Part shown: positions 26,866 through 32,992 of the stretch, piece by piece | Position numbering within the stretch: position 1 is the first letter of the stretch | How the letters are laid out: every line of letters begins with the position of its first letter | Assembly: GCA_900313345.1 (NCBI GenBank) | Contig: OMQW01000053.1 | Span: 1 to 32,992, forward strand | Source of the DNA: an uncultured Eubacteriales bacterium | Lineage (GTDB): Bacteria; Bacillota_I; Bacilli_A; RF39; UBA660 | Direction: 5' to 3' | DNA length: 32,992 bases | Translations under genes and position numbers: made by a program | Notes under the pieces: generated by a model | Database searches by the model: none | What the model saw: the letters and a program-made list of their open reading frames with translations, nothing else | Told to the model about the DNA's origin: nothing

Positions 26866-26877
26866 AGGAGGAACATT

Positions 26878-28095
26878 ATGAAAATAAAAGTTGGAGTTAT
26901 ATTTGGTGGAGAAAGTGTTGAACATGAAGTAAGTATTATTTCAGCACTACAAGCAATAAGCAAAATAGATGAAAGTAAATATGAAATAGTACCTATCTAT
27001 ATGACTAAGGATAGAGAATGGTACACTGGAAATATGTTAAAAGATATTGATTCTTATAGTGATTTAGAATTAATTAAAAAATATACAGATAATGTAGTAT
27101 TATGTTATGAAAAAGGAAAATATGTTCTAAAGAAAAAGGGTGGATTATTTAACAAAGTAGTTAATGATATAGATATTATATTCCCAATTACTCACGGAAC
27201 AAATGTAGAGGATGGTGCTCTACAAGGATATTTCCAAACAATAGGTATACCTTATGTAGGACCAAATGTTTATGCAGGTGTAGTAGGCCAAGATAAAGTT
27301 TATATGAAAAGAATATTTGATGGTGAAAAATTACCTATGGCTAAATATGACTGGTTCTATGATGCTGAATACAAAAACAGTCCTAAAGAAGTATTAAAGA
27401 AAGTAAGTAAATTAAAGTATCCATTAATAGTAAAACCTGCAACAACAGGAAGTAGTGTAGGTATTGGAACTGCTAAAGATGAAGAAGAATTAAAAGAATG
27501 TATCGAAGAAGCAATGAACTATGATAGTAAAATATTAGTTGAAGAAATGGTTCAAAATTTAAAAGAAGTAAATATTAGTGTTTTAGGAAATTATGAGAAT
27601 CAAAAACTAAGCGAAATTGAAGAAGTAATGTCTAGTGAAAAATTCTTAACATATGCTGAAAAATATTTAGGCAGTGCCAAAAGTAAAGGTAAGTCAGGAG
27701 TAAAAGTACCTGTTAAAGCTTCTAAAGGAATGGCTAGTGCTTCAAGAAAAATACCAGCAGATTTAACAAAAGAAGAAAGAAAAGATGTAGAAGAAATAGC
27801 AATAAAAGCATTTAAAGCATTAGGATCAGCTGGAGTATGTAGAATAGATTTCTTAGTTGATTCTAAAGCAAAGAAAGTATATATTAATGAAATAAACTCT
27901 ATTCCAGGATCTTTATCATTCTATTTATGGGAACCAAAAGGAAAGAGTTATTCAGAATTGTTAGATGATTTAATTAATATTGGTGTTAAAGAATATAAAA
28001 AGCGTACATCAAAAACTTATTCTTTTGAAACAAATATATTAGCAGGATATGCTGCAAATGGAACAAAAGGTGCTAAAGGTAAATTAGCTAAATAA
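26878..28095 (+). CDS. ddl: D-alanine--D-alanine ligase, long form (405 aa)
   Basis: The motifs VGVIFGGESVEHEVSIISA, IVKPATTGSSVGI, RIDFLVD and INEINSIPGS (ATP-grasp) are present. The segment after the conserved KY is enlarged, and there is a Lys/Gly-rich C-terminal tail. Confidence 0.88.
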   Translation: MKIKVGVIFGGESVEHEVSIISALQAISKIDESKYEIVPIYMTKDREWYTGNMLKDIDSYSDLELIKKYTDNVVLCYEKGKYVLKKKGGLFNKVVNDIDIIFPITHGTNVEDGALQGYFQTIGIPYVGPNVYAGVVGQDKVYMKRIFDGEKLPMAKYDWFYDAEYKNSPKEVLKKVSKLKYPLIVKPATTGSSVGIGTAKDEEELKECIEEAMNYDSKILVEEMVQNLKEVNISVLGNYENQKLSEIEEVMSSEKFLTYAEKYLGSAKSKGKSGVKVPVKASKGMASASRKIPADLTKEERKDVEEIAIKAFKALGSAGVCRIDFLVDSKAKKVYINEINSIPGSLSFYLWEPKGKSYSELLDDLINIGVKEYKKRTSKTYSFETNILAGYAANGTKGAKGKLAK

Positions 28096-28097
28096 AA

Positions 28098-28124
28098 ATA
28101 TGAACATAAATTCATATTTTTTTT
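28098..28124 (+). terminator. Rho-independent terminator after ddl
   Basis: ATATGAA-CATAAA-TTCATAT is followed by a T8 run. Confidence 0.65.
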
Positions 28125-28136
28125 GATTATTTTTAT

Positions 28137-28165
28137 AAAAAAAAGAAAGTTTTTTTGCTTTCTTT
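28137..28165 (-). terminator. Terminator for the minus-strand tRNA-Lys
   Basis: On the minus strand, AAAGAAAGC-AAAAAAA-CTTTCTTT is followed by a T run, which appears as the A run 28137-28141 on the + strand. Confidence 0.5.
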
Positions 28166-28175
28166 AATATCTAAA

Positions 28176-28251
28176 TGGTGTCCCCTTGCGGGCTCGAACC
28201 GCAGACCCACTGATTAAGAGTCAGTTGCTCTACCAACTGAGCTAAGGAGAC
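28176..28251 (-). tRNA. tRNA-Lys (anticodon CTT), CCA encoded
   Basis: The reverse complement reads GTCTCCTTAGCTCAGTTGGTAGAGCAACTGACTCTTAATCAGTGGGTCTGCGGTTCGAGCCCGCAAGGGGACACCA. Folded by hand, it forms a cloverleaf with anticodon loop CTCTTAA and the T-loop GGTTCGA. Confidence 0.9.
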
Positions 28252-28267
28252 ATGTCTAACAAAATAA

Positions 28268-28276
28268 ATTATATCA
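28268..28276 (-). promoter_or_regulatory. Extended -10 element (TGATATAAT on the minus strand) for tRNA-Lys
   Basis: The + strand reads ATTATATCA. It lies ~17 nt upstream of the mature tRNA 5' end. Confidence 0.35.
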
Positions 28277-28374
28277 TAAAAATAAAAAAAATAAACAAAA
28301 ATAGTTAAAAAAATGAAAATAATTAATAAAATAAAGCTATCTATGTTAAAATATTTAATGTAGAAGGTGAAAAA

Positions 28375-30720
28375 ATGACCAAAAATGATAAATATATAAC
28401 TAATTTAAACATTGGTTTAACTAATAAAGAAGTTGAAGAAAGAATATCAAAAGGACTAATTAATAAAGATAATCACAGCAAAACAAAAACGATAAAAGAA
28501 ATAATATTAGAAAATACTTTTACATTGTTTAATATAATAAATATTATTTTAGGAGTTGCAATTTTACTTGTTGGATCTTTTAAAAATCTTGTGTTTTTAT
28601 TAATTGTACTAGCTAATACTTTAATAAGTATTTATCAAGAAGTAAGAACAAAGAAAACATTAGATCAGTTAGAAATAGCAACTGAATCTAAAATATTAAC
28701 TATAAGAGATGGTAAGGAATTATTATTATTGGGTGATGAATTAGTAAAAGACGATTTAATTATTTTAAAACCAGGTAATAGTATAGTAGTAGATTCAATT
28801 TTACTAGATGGTGAATGTGAAGTTGATGAGTCTGCAATAACTGGAGAGAGTATAGCAGTAAATAAAAAAGTAGGGGATATGCTTATCTCAGGAAGTTTTA
28901 TTGTAAGTGGTACTGTTAAAGCACAAGTTAAAAATATAGGAAAAGAAAACTTTGTAAGTAAACTAGAAAGTGATACAAAATATATTAAACCCGTCTCTAG
29001 TGAAATAATGAAATCCTTAAATAAAATAATTGAAACGATTTCACTTATTATAATTCCTATAGGTATATTATTGTTCTATAGACAACTATACTTAGCTGAT
29101 AATAACATAACAAATGCGGTTGTTAATACATCTGCAGCAATTATAGGAATGATACCAGAAGGACTTGTATTATTAACTAGTACAGTTCTCGCAGTAAGCG
29201 TATATAATCTATCTAAAGAAAATGTATTAGTACAAGACCTTTATTGTATTGAGAGTTTAGCAAGAGTTGATGTTTTGTGCCTTGATAAAACTGGAACTAT
29301 AACAAAAGGTGAAATGGAAATAGTTGACGTAATTAATAAAGAAAAAGTAGATAGTGGTGAAATTGCAGCATTAATTGTAAAAAATACAAAAGATGAAAAT
29401 CCAACAGCATTAGCAATACGCAACAAATATAAAACTACAAATAAAATTCAAATTAGTAATGTATTTCCTTTTCAGTCAAAAACTAAAATGTCTGGAATTG
29501 AAATGGAAGATGGTAAAAAATATTATATAGGTGCACCAGAGTTTATATTACCGGAAAGCATATATGATAAGAATAAAAAAGAAATAGAAAAATATTCTAA
29601 TGAATATAGAATAATTTGCGTAATAGAAAAAAATAAAACGACTAAATTATTAGGCTACATTTTACTTCAAGATAAAATAAGAGAAAATGCTAAAGATGTT
29701 CTAGACTACTTTAAAAAGAATGAAGTAACATTAAAAATCATATCAGGTGATAATCCGTTAACAGTAAAAAATATTGCAGAAAGGGCAGGACTAACCAATC
29801 TAAAATACATAGATGCGACAAAATTAAAAACAGAAAAAGATGAAATAAAGGCAATACTAGAAAATGATATTATTGGACGAGTAACCCCACATCAAAAAAA
29901 AGATTTTGTGATAGCTCTTCAGAATGAAGGACACACTGTTGCAATGACAGGCGATGGAGTTAATGATGTACTTGCATTAAAAGAGGCAGATTGTTCAGTA
30001 GCAATGGCTAGTGGAGCTGACTGCACTAAAAATGTAAGCAATTTGGTACTTCTTGATTCCGATTTTAAGTCTATGCCAAAAATAGTTTCCGAAGGAAGAA
30101 GAACAATAAATAATATAGAAAGAAGTGCAAGTTTATTTCTTGCAAAAACAATTTATGCTTGCGTATTATCATTTCTTTTTATATTTATTAGAAGAAGCTA
30201 CCCATTTATTCCAATACAATTAACACTTGCAAGTATTTCAACAATTGGAATACCTTCATTTATGCTTTCATTTGAATCTAATAATGATAGAGTAAAAAAG
30301 GGATTTTTAAAAACAATATTAAGAAGATCATTTCCACCAGCATTAACTATTATTGTTGCAGTTTTAATAACAACTATAATAGGTTATTTAATGAATTTAT
30401 CTTACACTCAAATATCAACACTATCAGTATTGATAACAAGCATTATAAGTTTTATGTTACTATATAAAATTTCTGAGCCATTAAATAACTATAGAAAAAT
30501 CTTATTATTTACAATGATAACCTTATTTACTATAAATTATATAACAATGAAGGAAACATTTTCATTTGCAAAATTAGATATTAAAATAACAATTATTCTT
30601 ATTATATTAATTTTTATATCTTATATATTATATGAATTTTTAGATAAAGAATTATATGATACGAAACAAAATATAGTAAAACACGTTAATAAGTTCAAAA
30701 TAAATTTAAAAAATAATTAA
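28375..30720 (+). CDS. Cation-translocating P-type (E1-E2) ATPase, substrate not assignable
   Basis: The TGES actuator motif, the CLDKTGTIT phosphorylation site, the MTGDGVNDVLALKEAD hinge and ~8-10 TM segments are present. There are no CPC/HMA motifs, so it is not a heavy-metal P1B type. Confidence 0.9.
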   Translation: MTKNDKYITNLNIGLTNKEVEERISKGLINKDNHSKTKTIKEIILENTFTLFNIINIILGVAILLVGSFKNLVFLLIVLANTLISIYQEVRTKKTLDQLEIATESKILTIRDGKELLLLGDELVKDDLIILKPGNSIVVDSILLDGECEVDESAITGESIAVNKKVGDMLISGSFIVSGTVKAQVKNIGKENFVSKLESDTKYIKPVSSEIMKSLNKIIETISLIIIPIGILLFYRQLYLADNNITNAVVNTSAAIIGMIPEGLVLLTSTVLAVSVYNLSKENVLVQDLYCIESLARVDVLCLDKTGTITKGEMEIVDVINKEKVDSGEIAALIVKNTKDENPTALAIRNKYKTTNKIQISNVFPFQSKTKMSGIEMEDGKKYYIGAPEFILPESIYDKNKKEIEKYSNEYRIICVIEKNKTTKLLGYILLQDKIRENAKDVLDYFKKNEVTLKIISGDNPLTVKNIAERAGLTNLKYIDATKLKTEKDEIKAILENDIIGRVTPHQKKDFVIALQNEGHTVAMTGDGVNDVLALKEADCSVAMASGADCTKNVSNLVLLDSDFKSMPKIVSEGRRTINNIERSASLFLAKTIYACVLSFLFIFIRRSYPFIPIQLTLASISTIGIPSFMLSFESNNDRVKKGFLKTILRRSFPPALTIIVAVLITTIIGYLMNLSYTQISTLSVLITSIISFMLLYKISEPLNNYRKILLFTMITLFTINYITMKETFSFAKLDIKITIILIILIFISYILYEFLDKELYDTKQNIVKHVNKFKINLKNN

Positions 30721-30847
30721 AATAAATAAAAAATTATTGCTTTATTTAATTAAATTTGCTAATATATACATGTGCTTTGAAAAAAGTTAAAATTTCTTCT
30801 TGCAAAAAAGAAAAATATATAGTAAACTTAATAAGTAAAGCAAATTT

Positions 30848-30924
<77 letters not shown>

Positions 30925-30932
30925 ATTTTTTT

Positions 30933-31009
30933 GCCTCAATAGCTCAGTTGGTTAGAGCACTTGACTGTTAATCAAGGGGTCCTAGGTTCAAGTCCTAGTT
31001 GGGGCGCCA
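30933..31009 (+). tRNA. tRNA-Asn (anticodon GTT), CCA encoded
   Basis: GCCTCAATAGCTCAGTTGGTTAGAGC... has the anticodon arm CTTGA-CTGTTAA-TCAAG and the T-loop GGTTCAAGTCC. Confidence 0.9.
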
Positions 31010-31012
31010 TCT

Positions 31013-31089
31013 GGCCAGGTGGTGAAGCGGCTTAACACACTGCCCTTTCACGGCAGCATTCACGGATTCGAATTCCGTCCTGGTCACCA
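31013..31089 (+). tRNA. tRNA-Glu (anticodon TTC), CCA encoded
   Basis: GGCCAGGTGGTGAAGCGGCTTAACAC... has the anticodon arm CTGCC-CTTTCAC-GGCAG and the T arm ACGGA-TTCGAAT-TCCGT. It resembles Bacillus tRNA-Glu. Confidence 0.9.
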
Positions 31090-31100
31090 TATTAAAAATT

Positions 31101-31122
31101 AAACTCCAAAAGGAGTTTTTTT
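31101..31122 (+). terminator. Rho-independent terminator after the tRNA-Ile/Asn/Glu cluster
   Basis: AAACTCC-AAAA-GGAGTTT is followed by TTTT. Confidence 0.75.
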
Positions 31123-31135
31123 GTTGTCAAAATAG

Positions 31136-31164
31136 TTGACATTATAAATCTTTTAATGTAATAT
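31136..31164 (+). promoter_or_regulatory. Near-consensus promoter TTGACA-N17-TAATAT driving tRNA-Ser
   Basis: TTGACA lies at 31136-31141 and TAATAT at 31159-31164, preceded by TG. The spacer is exactly 17 bp. Confidence 0.55.
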
Positions 31165-31197
31165 TATATATGCGGACGCGTTAGAGTGAAGCTAAGT

Positions 31198-31288
31198 GGA
31201 GCAGTACTCAAGAGGCTGAAGAGGCGCCCCTGCTAAGGGTGTAGATCGGGTAACTGGTGCGAGAGTTCAAATCTCTCCTGCTCCGCCA
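31198..31288 (+). tRNA. tRNA-Ser (anticodon GCT), long variable arm, CCA encoded
   Basis: GGAGCAGTACTCAAGAGGCTGAAGAGG... has the anticodon loop CTGCTAA, a long extra arm (GTAGATCGGGTAACTGGTGC) and the T-loop GTTCAAATC. Length is 91 nt. Confidence 0.9.
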
Positions 31289-31298
31289 CTAAGAAATT

Positions 31299-31323
31299 AA
31301 ACTTCTGAACTTCAGAAGTTTTT
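31299..31323 (+). terminator. Rho-independent terminator after tRNA-Ser
   Basis: The near-perfect palindrome AAACTTCTGAA-C-TTCAGAAGTTT is followed by a T run. Confidence 0.7.
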
Positions 31324-31342
31324 ATTTTATAAAGGTGATTTT

Positions 31343-32131
31343 ATGTATAAGTATGTCGTAAGTGATTTTGATGGAACATTAATAGATGATGAATTAAGTA
31401 TACCTGTATCAACTATTATATCTATAGATTATTTAAGAAGGAATGGCATTAAGTTTATAGTTGTAACAGGTAGAAATGCATCTTTTGTAAAATATTACGT
31501 TAAAGATGTTGATTTTATTGATTATATTGTTTCATTAAATGGTAGTTACATATATGATGTTATAAATGAAAAAGTTATATATGAAAAGAGTATCTCAAAA
31601 AAGAAAATCAAAGAAATAGTTAATAAGTATAGAAAAGATAATGAAATATATTTATGTACAGATAATTCACGTTGCTTTTTAAATGATAAAAATAAAAAAA
31701 CAAATGAAATTATAATAAGAAATTTAAATGATTTTTTAGTTAATAATAAAGTATATAAAATAGAAATTCATACAAATAAAAAAGATATAGACGTAGTATA
31801 TAATGAATTGTTAATAGATAATACAATAAAGGTAAACACAAATACATATTATAATAATGATCATTTAGTAGAAATAACAAATAAGGGTATAAATAAACTA
31901 TTTGGAATATCTAAAATAATAAATGCACAACATGGCAAACTAGAAGAAATTATTGCATTTGGCGATAATGATAATGACGTAGATTTGTTAAGTAATGTTG
32001 GATTAGGAATTTGTATGAAAAACAGTTCGAAAAAGTTAAAATCAATAATAAAAAATAAAACATTATCTAACAATGAGAAAGGATTTGAAAAAAGTATTAA
32101 TAAAATATTTAAAATTAATTATAAAAAATGA
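31343..32131 (+). CDS. Cof-type HAD-IIB family phosphatase
   Basis: DFDGTL (motif I), VVTGR (motif II) and GDNDNDVDLL (motif IV) are present. The cap domain has the size expected for the Cof/YidA subfamily. Confidence 0.85.
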   Translation: MYKYVVSDFDGTLIDDELSIPVSTIISIDYLRRNGIKFIVVTGRNASFVKYYVKDVDFIDYIVSLNGSYIYDVINEKVIYEKSISKKKIKEIVNKYRKDNEIYLCTDNSRCFLNDKNKKTNEIIIRNLNDFLVNNKVYKIEIHTNKKDIDVVYNELLIDNTIKVNTNTYYNNDHLVEITNKGINKLFGISKIINAQHGKLEEIIAFGDNDNDVDLLSNVGLGICMKNSSKKLKSIIKNKTLSNNEKGFEKSINKIFKINYKK

Positions 32132-32155
32132 TATAATATAGCAAGGTGATAAATA

Positions 32156-32992
32156 ATGAAAATAATAGCTAAAAAAAATGATAAACTATTAAATTATCTT
32201 GAAAACAACACTGATATACCTAAAAAGAAACTTAAAGAGTATTTAAAATTTAAATCAATTTATGTGGATGGAGTAAATACTACAAAATTTGATTACGAAT
32301 TACATGAAAATTCAGAAATAATAATTGATACAAAAAGAAAAAACAGTTTTGCTTTACCATTTAAAATAATATATGAAGATGAAAAGATTATTGTAATTGA
32401 CAAACCGGCAGGATTATTAACTATTGGTTCGGAAAATGAAAAAGAAAATACAGCATTCCATATGATTTCAAAATATGTTAAAAGTAAAAATCATAATGCA
32501 AAAATATTTGTTGTACATAGACTTGATAAGGCAACAAGTGGTGTATTATTGTTTGCAAAAGATATGAAAACAAAAGATATGTACCAAGAAAATTGGAATG
32601 AAAATACTGAAAGAATGTATATAGCAATTACACATGGTACACCAAATAAAAAAGAAGCAAAATTAGTAAACAATATAAGTGAAACTACGACAAATCTATC
32701 ATATATTTCTAAGAATGGTAAAACAGCAATAACAAATTATAAAGTAATTGATGAAACTAAAAATTATAGTAAATTAGAAATATTAATTGAAACTGGAAGA
32801 AAAAATCAAATTAGATTACAACTTAATAATATTGGAAATCCAATAGTTGGAGATAATAAATATGGTATGAAAGATGGAGAAAGAAGATTATTCTTGCATG
32901 CATACAAATTAACTGTTTTAAATAAAATTGAAAACAAAAAATACACATATATAGCAAAAGTACCACAAGAATTTAATTACTTATTAAAGAAG
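32156..32992 (+). CDS. RluA-family pseudouridine synthase with an N-terminal S4-like domain; the 3' end runs off the window
   Basis: This frame is absent from the ORF track because it has no stop codon within the window. The ATG at 32156 follows the SD sequence AAGGTGA, and 279 codons are open. The catalytic motif HRLDKATSGVLLFAK, the motif GRKNQIRLQL and the LHAYKL motif are present. Confidence 0.85.
   Translation, partial: MKIIAKKNDKLLNYLENNTDIPKKKLKEYLKFKSIYVDGVNTTKFDYELHENSEIIIDTKRKNSFALPFKIIYEDEKIIVIDKPAGLLTIGSENEKENTAFHMISKYVKSKNHNAKIFVVHRLDKATSGVLLFAKDMKTKDMYQENWNENTERMYIAITHGTPNKKEAKLVNNISETTTNLSYISKNGKTAITNYKVIDETKNYSKLEILIETGRKNQIRLQLNNIGNPIVGDNKYGMKDGERRLFLHAYKLTVLNKIENKKYTYIAKVPQEFNYLLKK

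Overview
This is a very AT-rich bacterial chromosomal segment, roughly three quarters A+T by eye. Its gene order is typical of low-GC Gram-positive (Bacillota-like) genomes. Every protein gene is on the + strand; the only minus-strand feature is one tRNA-Lys. The genetic code is standard: all long ORFs use TGG for Trp and contain no in-frame TGA.

Three conserved housekeeping blocks are recognisable:
- priA(3' part)-x-fmt-x-rlmN-prpC-prkC-rsgA-rpe, where def and rsmB are absent from their usual positions and unknown ORFs sit there instead.
- tex-dut, an AAA+ ATPase gene, then rimP(short)-nusA-ylxR-infB ... rbfA.
- An alpha/beta hydrolase gene, a murF-like gene and ddl, followed by tRNA-Lys(-), a P-type ATPase gene, tRNA-Ile/Asn/Glu, a separately promoted tRNA-Ser, a Cof-type HAD phosphatase gene and a partial RluA-family pseudouridine synthase gene.

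Two accessory islands stand out:
- A 2.7 kb cassette bounded by terminators is wedged between infB and rbfA. It encodes four tandem paralogues (the first split by one in-frame TAA) built from a ~24-aa SHOCT-like helical repeat. I cannot assign a function.
- The surface-protein region at 8.5-13 kb holds a Pro/Val/Asn-repeat membrane protein and a 3D-domain wall hydrolase whose Shine-Dalgarno (SD) sequence is locked in a perfect 11-bp hairpin. It also holds three tandem paralogues of an unrecognised membrane-anchored beta-rich family. The first of these carries a lectin-like C-terminal extension and is heavily decayed, with two frameshifts, one TAA and two TGA codons at Trp-like positions.

No CRISPR array, transposase, integrase or rRNA gene was seen.
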